A DNA stretch of 55,025 bases from Clostridia bacterium (GTDB taxonomy: Bacteria > Bacillota > Clostridia > HGM11514). Location of the stretch: assembly GCA_045586685.1 (NCBI GenBank), contig JAZNAU010000033.1, forward strand, positions 1-55,025. The letters are read 5' to 3'. This document shows, in pieces, positions 30,314 to 39,873 of the stretch. The stretch's first letter is position 1. Each line of letters begins with the position of its first letter. Made by a program: the position numbers and the translations under genes. The notes under the pieces were generated by a model. It was not told where the DNA came from, ran no database searches, and saw only the letters and a program-made list of their open reading frames with translations.

Positions 30314-31233
30314 AACTGAGAATTTCACCCCTAATGCCCCTGTTACTTCTTTTGGGGTATGTAACCAATACATTGCCTTTTATGCTTGGAATGTACCTAT
30401 GCCTGCTGATCCACGAGCTTGGTCATCTGATTACAGCGGTCAAACTTCACATGGGAGTTTCCTACTTAGGGATTCTCCCTTTCGGCATTGCTATCCGTTT
30501 GAAAGAAGAACAAACCCGTCCCATGAAAGAACGGATTTTGGTGGCGGCGGCAGGTCCCCTGGCAAGTTTTTTGGGTGCAGGGTTGGTTGTTCTTTGTCAG
30601 AAATGGCTTTTATCGGAACAGTTCTTTTTCCTTTTTTGCGGAAATTTTGCGTTGGGGCTGTTTAACTTACTGCCAATTTCAACTTTTGACGGAGGAAGAA
30701 TACTTTTTTACTTGCTTTCTGACGCATTTGGGAGTATAATAGGATATCATAGGGTTGTTTTTTTGTCCCGAATTTCAGTTTGTCTGATGGCGGGGTTGGG
30801 ATTGTTCATTCTGTACACGACCCGTTGGAATCCCTCTCTTTTAATGATTGCCTGCTTTTTTGGCTATAAAATGTGGGCAGAGGGAGGCTACGAGAGAGTG
30901 ACCATGACCCAAAACGCCTTTGACTATCGACACAAGAAAAGATACGACGGTATCTATAAAACCAGAACCCTTACCGTCAACCACACGGTGCCCTTACGGC
31001 GGCTGTTAAAATACTTTTCTTCCGCCCGATACTGTGTGGTGCATATTGTGGACAATGAAATGAAACTTAAAACCACCCTGACCGAACAGGAGATTGCAGA
31101 TGCACTCCTTTCGATTGGGGGAACAGTAACAGGAGAAAAAATATATGGATCGACTACTCAAACAAGTGCAAAAGCCTTCCCGCTACACGGGAGGAGAATG
31201 GGGCAGCATCAAAAAGGATCTGTCCGCCATTGA
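30310..31233 (+). CDS. spoIVFB: M50 intramembrane metalloprotease, SpoIVFB-like
   Basis: HELGH, AAAGP, FNLLPISTFDGGR; C-terminal CBS-like region. Confidence 0.8.
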   Translation: MKLRISPLMPLLLLLGYVTNTLPFMLGMYLCLLIHELGHLITAVKLHMGVSYLGILPFGIAIRLKEEQTRPMKERILVAAAGPLASFLGAGLVVLCQKWLLSEQFFFLFCGNFALGLFNLLPISTFDGGRILFYLLSDAFGSIIGYHRVVFLSRISVCLMAGLGLFILYTTRWNPSLLMIACFFGYKMWAEGGYERVTMTQNAFDYRHKKRYDGIYKTRTLTVNHTVPLRRLLKYFSSARYCVVHIVDNEMKLKTTLTEQEIADALLSIGGTVTGEKIYGSTTQTSAKAFPLHGRRMGQHQKGSVRH

Positions 31234-32983
31234 TATTCGGTTTGCATTCTGCTTTCCGGATGTGTACGAGGTGGGCATGTCCCATCTGGGAATGAAAATT
31301 CTATATCATTTACTCAATACGAGAGAAAATATCTGGTGCGAGCGTGTTTTTGCCCCCTGGGACGATTTTGAAACCCTGCTCCGCCAACACAATAAGCCCC
31401 TGTTCGCATTGGAAAGCGGTGACCCCATCTGTAATTTTGATTTTGTGGGCTTTACCTTACAGTATGAAATGTGCTACACCAACGTATTAAATATGTTGGA
31501 TTTGGGACATATCCCTGTAAAAACGGAAGACCGCAAGGAGGGTGACCCCTTTGTTTGTGCCGGAGGGCCTTGTGCGTATCACGCAGAACCTCTGGCTCCT
31601 TTTGTTGACTTTTTTATTTTAGGAGAAGGAGAAGAAGTCAATTTAGAAGTGATGGATGCCTACTCCGAATGGAAACAGACGGGTGGCAGCAGAACCGACT
31701 TTCTTCTTAAAATTGCAAAAATTGAAGGAATTTATGTTCCCCAATTTTACGATGTCACCTATCACGAGGACAATACGGTAAAAGAAATCAAACCCAACGT
31801 ATCGGGTGTTCCTTCTACGATAAAAAAGAGAATTATCCGTGATTTGGACAAGGTGTATTATCCCGATAATCTGGTAGTCCCCTTTTCCGACATTGTTCAT
31901 GACCGAATTATGCTGGAGGTGTTCCGTGGCTGTACCAGAGGGTGCCGTTTTTGTCAGGCAGGAATCATTTACCGACCTGTTCGGGAAAAGAGCCCTCAGG
32001 TGCTTACCGACTGTGCGGATTGTCTGATGAACAATACAGGCTATGAAGAATTGTCCCTTACCTCTTTGAGCACAGGGGATTATTCTCAATTTTCCGAGCT
32101 GACAGACACTTTGTTGGAGCACGCAGAGCAAAACCGTACCAATATTGCTCTCCCCTCTCTCCGTCTGGATTCCTTCAATCTGGATTTAATCAATCGGATT
32201 CAGAAGCAAAGAAAATCCAGCTTTACCTTTGCTCCCGAAGCGGGAACCCAGAGAATGAGAGATGTGATTAACAAAAATATTACCGAGGAGGATTTGCTGT
32301 CCTCTGTCAAATTAGCCTTTGAAAACGGATGGAGCGGTATCAAGCTGTATTTTATGATTGGATTGCCCACTGAAACAGAGGAAGATGTTGCAGCCATCGG
32401 CGAGCTTGCCCATCTGGCATTGGATCAATATTACACTTTGGAACGAGGAAACCGACCTGCCAACCCCAGAATTACAGTCAGCTCCTCCTCCTTTATTCCC
32501 AAGCCCTTTACTCCTTTTAGTTGGGAGGCTCAGGACAGTATTGAAACCATTCAGGAAAAACAAAAGATACTGGGAGAAAACATTCATTCCAAAACGATTA
32601 AGTATAATTATCATGATTCCAAAACAAGCCGTTTGGAAGGCATTTTTGCTCGCGGGGACAGAAGACTTTCGAAAGTGCTGTACACCGCTTGGAAAAAGGG
32701 CTGTAAAATGGACGGGTGGACCGAGTTTTTCAAATACGACACCTGGTTGGAAGCATTTCGTGAATGTGGTATTGACCCTGATTTTTATACCGCAAGAACC
32801 CGCCCTTACGAGGAAGTATTTCCTTGGGACCATATTGATGTGGGCGTCACAAAAGAATTTTTGATTCGTGAAAGCAAGCGGGCAAAAGAGGCAAAAACCA
32901 CAAAGCCCTGTCTTTCTGCCTGTAATAAATGCGGTGCAGACTGCTTTGAAACAGGTATTTGCATGAAATACAAGGAGGGATAA
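31145..32983 (+). CDS. TIGR03960-family B12-binding radical SAM protein
   Basis: KPSRYTGGE, FPDVYEVGMSHLG, CTRGCRFC (CxxxCxxC), KLYFMIGLP. Confidence 0.92.
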   Translation: MDRLLKQVQKPSRYTGGEWGSIKKDLSAIDIRFAFCFPDVYEVGMSHLGMKILYHLLNTRENIWCERVFAPWDDFETLLRQHNKPLFALESGDPICNFDFVGFTLQYEMCYTNVLNMLDLGHIPVKTEDRKEGDPFVCAGGPCAYHAEPLAPFVDFFILGEGEEVNLEVMDAYSEWKQTGGSRTDFLLKIAKIEGIYVPQFYDVTYHEDNTVKEIKPNVSGVPSTIKKRIIRDLDKVYYPDNLVVPFSDIVHDRIMLEVFRGCTRGCRFCQAGIIYRPVREKSPQVLTDCADCLMNNTGYEELSLTSLSTGDYSQFSELTDTLLEHAEQNRTNIALPSLRLDSFNLDLINRIQKQRKSSFTFAPEAGTQRMRDVINKNITEEDLLSSVKLAFENGWSGIKLYFMIGLPTETEEDVAAIGELAHLALDQYYTLERGNRPANPRITVSSSSFIPKPFTPFSWEAQDSIETIQEKQKILGENIHSKTIKYNYHDSKTSRLEGIFARGDRRLSKVLYTAWKKGCKMDGWTEFFKYDTWLEAFRECGIDPDFYTARTRPYEEVFPWDHIDVGVTKEFLIRESKRAKEAKTTKPCLSACNKCGADCFETGICMKYKEG

Positions 32984-32984
32984 T

Positions 32985-33608
32985 ATGGCTGTCATTCGGT
33001 TACAATATACCAAAGATGATGAATTAAAATATATTGCACATTTAGATACACTCCGTGCCTTTATCAGAGCACTCCGGCGAGCCAAGCTGCCTATTGCTTA
33101 TTCTCAAGGCTTTAATCCTCATCCCATTATTTCTTTTTTAATGCCCCTGTCTTTGGGTTTCACCAGTAATTGCGAAATGGTGGATATCGGTTTTTCGGAA
33201 GACATTTCTTATGACGAGGCGGCAAAACGATTGGACGAGGCACTGCCCCCCGGATTTCATGTGATTTCCGCCTCTGCTCCCGTTCACAAAGGGGCTGACA
33301 TTACCGAGGCAGAATACACGATTACCTTTCGGGGTGAAATTCCCGACGAAGAAGAAATCCACCGCTTTTTTACACAAAAGGAACTGATCGTGCCTAAAAA
33401 GAGCAAGCGCGGACTAAAAGATGTGGATATTATGCCCATGATTCATCAATTCCAATACGAGAAAGGCGTGCTTACTCTAAGACTTGCGGCAGGCACACCG
33501 GAAAACTTAAATCCGGAGCTGGTGATGACCCATTTTTCGGGAGACACTTGTTGGGATTATCAGATTTGCAGACAGCGTATTTTTTGCGGTAACGAACTGT
33601 TTACTTAA
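32985..33608 (+). CDS. TIGR03936-family radical SAM-associated protein
   Basis: YIAHLD...RALRRAKLPIAYSQGFNPHP; adjacent to the TIGR03960 gene. Confidence 0.9.
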   Translation: MAVIRLQYTKDDELKYIAHLDTLRAFIRALRRAKLPIAYSQGFNPHPIISFLMPLSLGFTSNCEMVDIGFSEDISYDEAAKRLDEALPPGFHVISASAPVHKGADITEAEYTITFRGEIPDEEEIHRFFTQKELIVPKKSKRGLKDVDIMPMIHQFQYEKGVLTLRLAAGTPENLNPELVMTHFSGDTCWDYQICRQRIFCGNELFT

Positions 33609-33625
33609 TGAAAGGCGTGAGAACT

Positions 33626-34879
33626 ATGAAACAAATTATTGCTGAAAACGGAATTCGTTTTTTTCAGATTCCCGCAAAGCAGTTTAAAACAATCAGCATC
33701 CGTGTTGCCCTTTACCGTCCTCTTTGTAAAGAAGAGGCGGCAAAGAACGCACTGATTGCAAGACTCTTAAAAAGCGGAACGGTTGGTTTTCCCACTCCCC
33801 TCGCCTTAAACCGTGCCTTGGATGAGTTGTACGGTGCTACCCTCGTTGCAGACATTGTACGGCGAGGAGAGGTGTCGGCTGTTACCTTTGGCATCAACTG
33901 TATTAAGGATGAGTTTACAGGGGAAACAGGGGTGGTTCAGGCAGCCATCCGTCTGTTGTGTCAGGTGATTTCCAATCCCGTGACGGAAGGAAAAGGATTT
34001 TCCAAGGAGTTTTTTGAACGAGAACGGGAAAATCTGAAAATGAAGATTCAAAACCGCATCAACGATAAAAAGACCTATGCCTTTGAGCGGTGCTACGAAG
34101 AGATGTGTAAGGAGGAGCCCTTTGGGGTATATCCTTACGGTCAGGTGGAGGATTTGAAACAGTTAGACCCTCAATCCCTTTATGACCATTATCAAGAAAT
34201 TTTAAAAAGCCCTATGGATGTTTTTGTATGCGGGGATGCGGATTTGGAAGAAATCATCCCCTTGTTTGCACACTTTTCTCCCACAGGCTCCATTCCCCAA
34301 ACCTCTCTGATTACAGAGGTCAAAGAAGTAAAGCATGTGACAGAAGAATTGGATGTGAACCAAGGGAAATTGTCTATGGGATTCCGTACGGGGATTGGTG
34401 CAGACGACAAATTGTTTCCCGCCTTAACTCTTTATAACAGCATATTGGGATCAGGGGTCCATTCGAAACTGTTCCGCAACGTCCGTGAAAAACTGAGTCT
34501 TTGTTATTATGCCTATTCCCGTCTGGAACGGTTTAAGGGAACCATGATGATTTCGTCAGGAATTGAATTTGATAAATTCAAAGATGCTTACGACGAAATT
34601 CTTCTGCAGACAGAGGAAATGAAACGGGGTAACATTTCAGATGAGGAGCTCAGCTCTGCCCGTTTCTCGCTGACCAATCAGTTAAGAGCCATGGCAGATA
34701 CTCCTGCGTCGCTCCTTGATTACGCCATGATTCAAGCGTTGATGCAGGACATCACAGACCCAACAGACATGATTACCGCCTTAGGGTGTGTGACAAAAGA
34801 ACAAATTGTGGAAGTAGCAAACCTCGTCACCCTTGATACCGTGTATTTTCTGAAAAACAAAGGAGGGAACAGAGAATGA
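33626..34879 (+). CDS. M16 peptidase-like protein, non-catalytic (YmfF-type)
   Basis: LYGA, SKLFRNVREKLSLCYYAYS; no HxxEH motif. Confidence 0.85.
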   Translation: MKQIIAENGIRFFQIPAKQFKTISIRVALYRPLCKEEAAKNALIARLLKSGTVGFPTPLALNRALDELYGATLVADIVRRGEVSAVTFGINCIKDEFTGETGVVQAAIRLLCQVISNPVTEGKGFSKEFFERERENLKMKIQNRINDKKTYAFERCYEEMCKEEPFGVYPYGQVEDLKQLDPQSLYDHYQEILKSPMDVFVCGDADLEEIIPLFAHFSPTGSIPQTSLITEVKEVKHVTEELDVNQGKLSMGFRTGIGADDKLFPALTLYNSILGSGVHSKLFRNVREKLSLCYYAYSRLERFKGTMMISSGIEFDKFKDAYDEILLQTEEMKRGNISDEELSSARFSLTNQLRAMADTPASLLDYAMIQALMQDITDPTDMITALGCVTKEQIVEVANLVTLDTVYFLKNKGGNRE

Positions 34880-36144
34880 AACAAATTCATTGCAAACAAC
34901 TAAACGAAACCCTCTTTCATCATACCCACAAAAGCGGGCTGGAAATTTACGTTCTGCCAAAAACGGGTTACTCCAAAAGCTATGCCATTTTTGCAACCAA
35001 ATACGGTTCTGCAGATGCTCGGTTTTGTAACCCTCTTACAGGCAAACAAATTGAAGTGCCCGACGGAGTGGCACACTTTTTAGAGCACAAAATGTTTGAG
35101 CAACCGGACGGAAGCGATGCTTTTGCTGAATTTTCCAAAACCGGTGCAGATGCCAATGCCTTCACCTCATTTTTAACAACCGCTTATCTATTTTCCTGTA
35201 CCAATGGTTTTTATGAAAATTTGAGTCACCTTCTTTCCTTTGTCCAGACCCCTCATTTTACAGAGGAAAACGTAGCAAAGGAACAGGGGATTATCGGTCA
35301 GGAAATCAGAATGTACGAGGACGATCCCGGCTGGAAAAGCTATTTTAATGTAATTGAAGCAATGTATCATCATAACACTGTCCGCCGTGACATTGCAGGC
35401 ACGGTAGAAAGCATTGCAAAGATCACCCCTGAGCTTTTGTATGATTGCTACAACACCTTCTATCACCCCTCCAACATGATTTTATTCTGTACAGGAGATG
35501 TGGACCCCGATAGGGTGGTTGACGTTGCAGAAACAGAGATTTCTCCTAAATTTGAAGATAGGGGTGAGATTACAAGATATCAAGCTTCTGAACCCAAAGA
35601 AATTTTCCAAAAGGAAAAGGTGCAGACCATGTCTGTTGCCCAACCCCTCTTTTATGTGGGAATCAAATCGAAGCCGGAAGAAAATGTGTTCCGTCAGGAA
35701 CTTTTATATTCTGTTTTGACAGAGGCGGTATTGGGCAAAAGCTCTGCTCTTTATCAGGAGCTTTACGGACAGGGGCTTATTACTCCCTCTTTCGGCACAG
35801 AGGTTACAAGTGAAAAGGAATATGCCCATCTGATTCTGGGCGGTTCTGCTTCCGACCCTCGAAAAACGGCGAAGGCTTTGAAAGAAGGATTACAGAAAAT
35901 CAGCAAGACAGGCATCTCCCAAGAAGATTTTTCTCGGGCAAAAAAGGTTGTACTGGGGGATATCATCCGCCTGTTTAACAGCGTAGAACAGATTTCTAAC
36001 AACTTTATTAACACCCTCTTCCGCGGTGCTTCCCTGTTCGACGCACCTGAAATTCTCTCTTGTATAACATTAGAGGATTGTAACAAGGCAGCAAAAGAGC
36101 TGTTTTCGGAAGAAAAAATGGTGTTGTCCATCGTGACTCAATAA
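34876..36144 (+). CDS. M16 zinc peptidase (YmfH-type)
   Basis: PDGVAHFLEHKMF, ANAFTS, KEQGIIGQEI, FYHPSNM. Confidence 0.9.
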   Translation: MKQIHCKQLNETLFHHTHKSGLEIYVLPKTGYSKSYAIFATKYGSADARFCNPLTGKQIEVPDGVAHFLEHKMFEQPDGSDAFAEFSKTGADANAFTSFLTTAYLFSCTNGFYENLSHLLSFVQTPHFTEENVAKEQGIIGQEIRMYEDDPGWKSYFNVIEAMYHHNTVRRDIAGTVESIAKITPELLYDCYNTFYHPSNMILFCTGDVDPDRVVDVAETEISPKFEDRGEITRYQASEPKEIFQKEKVQTMSVAQPLFYVGIKSKPEENVFRQELLYSVLTEAVLGKSSALYQELYGQGLITPSFGTEVTSEKEYAHLILGGSASDPRKTAKALKEGLQKISKTGISQEDFSRAKKVVLGDIIRLFNSVEQISNNFINTLFRGASLFDAPEILSCITLEDCNKAAKELFSEEKMVLSIVTQ

Positions 36145-36157
36145 GGAGTTGACCGGT

Positions 36158-36973
36158 ATGACAAATATAGTAGGATTTCCCGCACTAAATCTTGAATTTG
36201 AAATAAACAGAGTTGCCTTCACCCTCTTTGGTCGGGAGGTTTACTGGTATGGTTTAATTATTGTATTAGGATTGGTTTTAGGAACCTTGGTTGGTTTGAA
36301 AAATGCAAAAAAAATCGGTCTTTCCGCCGATACCATTTATGATTATTTGTTGTTTGCCATTCCTGCCTGCGTAATAGGTGCCAGAATTTATTATGTGGCA
36401 ACCAGTTGGAATGACTATAAGGACAATCTCATTTCTGTTCTTTATATTTGGGAGGGGGGCATTGCCATTTACGGCGCTATTCTTTCCGCCATACTCACGC
36501 TACTTGTCTTTTGCAAAGTAAAAAAAATCCCTCCCTACGATATGCTGGACTGTTGTTGTGTGGGACTTATTTTGGGACAGGCAGTGGGACGATGGGGCAA
36601 CTTCGTCAACTGCGAAGCCTACGGCACCGTGACCACCCTTCCCTGGAGAATGAGCATTGAAGAAGGGGGACGGATATTGGAAGTCCATCCCGCTTTTCTA
36701 TATGAATCCTTATGGAATTTGATAGGATTTGCCTTGCTATTGTTTCTGTTTCACCGCAAACGTACCTTTCAGGGGAAAGTGTTTTGGACCTATCTTTTAT
36801 GGTACGGAGCAGGACGCTTCTTTATTGAAGGGTTACGAATAGACAGTCTGTATGTGGGTCCTTTCCGCATTTCTCAAATTATTGCTGTCCTTTCGGTGAT
36901 TGTGTCGGTTGTTATGTTGGTTCGGCTGAAAAAGGCAAAGGCTTCTCCTTCTAAATCCGCAGATGCCATTTGA
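36158..36973 (+). CDS. lgt: Prolipoprotein diacylglyceryl transferase
   Basis: YWYG, GARIYY, EGGIAIYG, GRWGNFVN, HPAFLYES, RFFIE. Confidence 0.96.
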   Translation: MTNIVGFPALNLEFEINRVAFTLFGREVYWYGLIIVLGLVLGTLVGLKNAKKIGLSADTIYDYLLFAIPACVIGARIYYVATSWNDYKDNLISVLYIWEGGIAIYGAILSAILTLLVFCKVKKIPPYDMLDCCCVGLILGQAVGRWGNFVNCEAYGTVTTLPWRMSIEEGGRILEVHPAFLYESLWNLIGFALLLFLFHRKRTFQGKVFWTYLLWYGAGRFFIEGLRIDSLYVGPFRISQIIAVLSVIVSVVMLVRLKKAKASPSKSADAI

Positions 36974-37040
36974 ATAGGATAAAACCTCTGCGAGTTTGAT
37001 GAAAGAACTTACTGCAGAATTAACTCGGAAAAATCATTAA

Positions 37041-37071
37041 AAGGGGGATGATGTCATCCCCCTTCACCCCC
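37041..37071 (-). repeat. REP-like GGGGT-hairpin unit
   Basis: Minus strand GGGGTG-AAGGGGGATGA-CA-TCATCCCCCTT. Confidence 0.6.
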
Positions 37072-37183
37072 ACAGCCTCCCGTTCTTCACTCAAGGCGGC
37101 GTTGCGGCAGTAAAGGCATACCACACTCCTCTCTTCCACCCCTACATCAAAGGAGAATGAAAAACGAAAGGAAGCACTTTTTT

Positions 37184-37654
37184 ATGACTAAAACAAATGC
37201 CATGCGTCAGCTGGACAAAGCGAAAATCAAATATGAGGCTCTCACCTACGAGGTGGACGAATCGGATTTGTCGGGAATGCACATTGTGTCCCAAATCAAC
37301 ATCCCAGCGTGCAGAGTTTTTAAAACCTTGGTAGCAAGAGGAGAGAAAAAGGGAATCTGTGTATTTTGTATTCCTGTAGATAAAGAAGTGGATTTAAAAA
37401 AGGCCGCCATTGCGGCGGGAGAAAAACGGGTGGAGCTGGTTGCGGTCAAGGAATTACTCGGGTTAACAGGATACATAAGAGGAGGTTGCTCCCCTATCGG
37501 CATGAAGAAAAAATTTCCTACCTTTATTGAAGAATCCGCCCTGTCCTTTGAAACCATTACCGTCAGCGCAGGGGTGAGAGGTTGTCAGTTGCTCCTTGAC
37601 CCTAAGGAACTTATCAACTTTACCAATGCTACCCTGTGTCACATCACCACGTAA
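37184..37654 (+). CDS. ybaK: Cys-tRNA(Pro) deacylase
   Basis: KTNAMRQLD, VFKTLV, TGYIRGGCSPIG, SAGVRG. Confidence 0.93.
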   Translation: MTKTNAMRQLDKAKIKYEALTYEVDESDLSGMHIVSQINIPACRVFKTLVARGEKKGICVFCIPVDKEVDLKKAAIAAGEKRVELVAVKELLGLTGYIRGGCSPIGMKKKFPTFIEESALSFETITVSAGVRGCQLLLDPKELINFTNATLCHITT

Positions 37655-37664
37655 CAATAATGAT

Positions 37665-37694
37665 CCCCCCGTACAACGGGGGGTATTTCATTTT
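37665..37694 (+). terminator. Probable terminator after ybaK
   Basis: CCCCCCGT-loop-ACGGGGGG followed by TATTTCATTTT. Confidence 0.6.
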
Positions 37695-37803
37695 CGGGCA
37701 TAGCCCTATTCTCTACTGGCTACCCACAAGTGCGTATTTAATTGGCCTGCCAGCCATGGAATTGCTACTTGTTACCCATAAATGGGCTGTACTGCTCTAA
37801 CAA

Positions 37804-37912
37804 GGGGTCCAGGGGCGAAGCCCCTGTGTCGTTTTAAGGGGTGCGGGGGAAATCGAAATCCCCCGCGTTTTTGCTACTTTTGTCGCAAAAAAGTAGGCCC
37901 GCTCGGCAGGGC
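37804..37912 (+). repeat. Composite REP/MITE-like multi-hairpin element
   Basis: GGGGTC-CAGGGGC-GAA-GCCCCTG; GGGGT-GCGGGGGA...TCCCCCGC; CTACTTTT...AAAAGTAG; GCCC...GGGC. Confidence 0.6.
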
Positions 37913-38082
37913 ATACAAAACAAAAAGTCTGAACAACACCTCCCTGTTTTGCACACTGAGAAACAATAGTAAATTTTTCATTTTGATATATTACTTATAT
38001 TCTTTACATCTATTCTGTTTCATTTTTGTTTATCAGTTAACCTTTTTTGAACCATGCTACTATCGCTTGGTTTTCGTTACAC

Positions 38083-38124
38083 AAAAAACATCCCCTTCTA
38101 TTTTCGGATAGGGATGTTTGTTTT
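38083..38124 (-). terminator. Terminator after the Cof-type HAD gene
   Basis: AAACATCCC...GGGATGTTT inverted repeat flanked by A and T runs. Confidence 0.6.
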
Positions 38125-38876
38125 TATTCATCTGAAAACAGAAAATGGGAAATCGCCTTTGCCACGCCACCTTCTGTGACAGGTGCAGTGACATAATCAC
38201 ACAATGTTTGTACCTCTTCGGGTGCATTTCCCATTGCCACGCTGATGCCCGCCGCTTTCAGCATATCCAAATCATTCAAACTATCTCCTATTGCAATGCT
38301 TCGCACCATGGGAAGCTTTAAATAATTCATCACCCATTCCATTCCTGTTGCCTTGCTCTGTCCTATAGGTCCCAATTCGTTATAGGCAGGAAATGCAAAA
38401 TAGCAAAAATGCCGTTTCAGTTGAGCTATGATATGTTGAGGGGGATTGTCGAAAATACACATTTTAGAAATTTTCGCACCAGGATACTGCTTTGAAAAAG
38501 GAATCCCCGAACAAATCGGTTGGCTTATTCCGTGAAAATTTTCACCATGTTGATACATATGCTCTTCCCCTTCAAACAAATAACAATAATCCTGTAAAAG
38601 CTCAGAAATCCAATCCAGAAGGGACATGGGCAGAATTTTGCTGTGTAATTGGTTTTTCCCCATACGGATATCCGCGCCCAAGCCTGCAACAATGCCGTCA
38701 ACCGCCAACTCTTTTTTTAAAAGCTGGGGAACATAACAATAGGAGCGTCCCGTGTTAATCCAGACCTGATGCCCTGACTGTTGTGCCTTTCTTATGGCAT
38801 GTTGATCCTCTTTTGACACCTCTCCCTTATGCATCACAGTTCCGTCAATATCCAAAAAAATCACATAAGGGTTCAA
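38124..38876 (-). CDS. Cof-type HAD-IIB phosphatase
   Basis: DIDGT, TGR, SKATG, GDSLND, AMGNA. Confidence 0.9.
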   Translation of the reverse strand: MNPYVIFLDIDGTVMHKGEVSKEDQHAIRKAQQSGHQVWINTGRSYCYVPQLLKKELAVDGIVAGLGADIRMGKNQLHSKILPMSLLDWISELLQDYCYLFEGEEHMYQHGENFHGISQPICSGIPFSKQYPGAKISKMCIFDNPPQHIIAQLKRHFCYFAFPAYNELGPIGQSKATGMEWVMNYLKLPMVRSIAIGDSLNDLDMLKAAGISVAMGNAPEEVQTLCDYVTAPVTEGGVAKAISHFLFSDE

Positions 38877-39682
38877 AGTTCCACCTCCACAGGTTTTCTG
38901 TTTTCATAGTAGCAATAATGGGTAAAACCAACTTCCTTTGCCGTCCTTACACCTGTTTCCAGTCCGCTTCCTAAAAATTCCGTCCCATGAGCATCGCTCC
39001 CCAGAGTAATCCTTCTGCCTCCAAGAGAATAATAAAGGGTCAGCAGTTCTTTATCGGGCATCAACTGCCCCCACTCCCTTTCTGCACCTGAGGTATTGAT
39101 TTCCAGTGCAAGGTCACGCTTGATAATCTGTTTTAAAATCTGTTCTATTTGTTCTCCCTGATTTTCCAATGTCATATTACGACGAAATCTCCCGTTCAGA
39201 TACTTTAACGGCATGGTCAAATGAGTCAAAACATCAATATCTCCTTCTTGTACCAGAGAATATACATTCTTGTAATAAAGCGTCAAAAAGGTGTGAATTT
39301 CTTTCTCTGTTAATTGGTTGATACAAAGGAAATTATATTGAGGATATCCCATTTGAAGATAGGTCAATTTACTATGTGTAGAGCCAAGTACCACATCAAA
39401 AGACAAGCTTTGACGGCATTTGTTCCATTCCTTTTCACACCCGACACTGTCCCCCAACTCTACTCCGCGAAGAATTTTAAAAGAATACCTTTCCCTTAGT
39501 TGGTCTGCCTGTTCCACAGAGGATTGAATATGAGAAAAATCAAATCCTGTAAGAATGGGATCATAATGATCGGTAAAAGAGACTCCATATAACCCCAATT
39601 TTTCTGCCCTGTTACATTGTTCTTCCATAGAGGAAGTTCCGTCATGGGAAAAGGAGGTGTGCACGTGTGAATCAAAAAACAT
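38873..39682 (-). CDS. PHP-family phosphatase (HisJ/HisK histidinol-phosphatase-like)
   Basis: DSHVHT.FSHD, FTDH, GVELG, LEINTS, TLGSDAH. Confidence 0.88.
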   Translation of the reverse strand: MFFDSHVHTSFSHDGTSSMEEQCNRAEKLGLYGVSFTDHYDPILTGFDFSHIQSSVEQADQLRERYSFKILRGVELGDSVGCEKEWNKCRQSLSFDVVLGSTHSKLTYLQMGYPQYNFLCINQLTEKEIHTFLTLYYKNVYSLVQEGDIDVLTHLTMPLKYLNGRFRRNMTLENQGEQIEQILKQIIKRDLALEINTSGAEREWGQLMPDKELLTLYYSLGGRRITLGSDAHGTEFLGSGLETGVRTAKEVGFTHYCYYENRKPVEVEL

Positions 39683-39714
39683 AAAAATCCTTCTTTCTTT
39701 TGTCTTCCTTATTT

Positions 39715-39743
39715 ATTATATCACGAAAATAAAAATAAATCAA
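39715..39743 (-). promoter_or_regulatory. SigA promoter of the PHP-Cof pair
   Basis: TTGATT-N17-TATAAT with extended TG. Confidence 0.7.
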
Positions 39744-39823
39744 TGAATTTTCCGCCAATCTATTGGATTTCATTTTTAAAATCTTTGTTTTTTTGTTTTT
39801 TTATGTTTTCTTCTGTGAAAATC

Positions 39824-39852
39824 TTGACTTTTGTCTTTTTGTTTGATATAAT
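39824..39852 (+). promoter_or_regulatory. SigA promoter P1 of the microcompartment locus
   Basis: TTGACT-N17-TATAAT with extended TG. Confidence 0.8.
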
Positions 39853-39873
39853 AAAGTAAAATAAGGTGATAGT

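Noticed and set aside
32312-33085. 257-aa antisense ORF
   Set aside because: Shadow of the radical SAM genes with no recognisable motif.
37782-38111. 109-aa ORF
   Set aside because: Runs through the hairpin repeat and AT-rich tract; no RBS and not protein-like.
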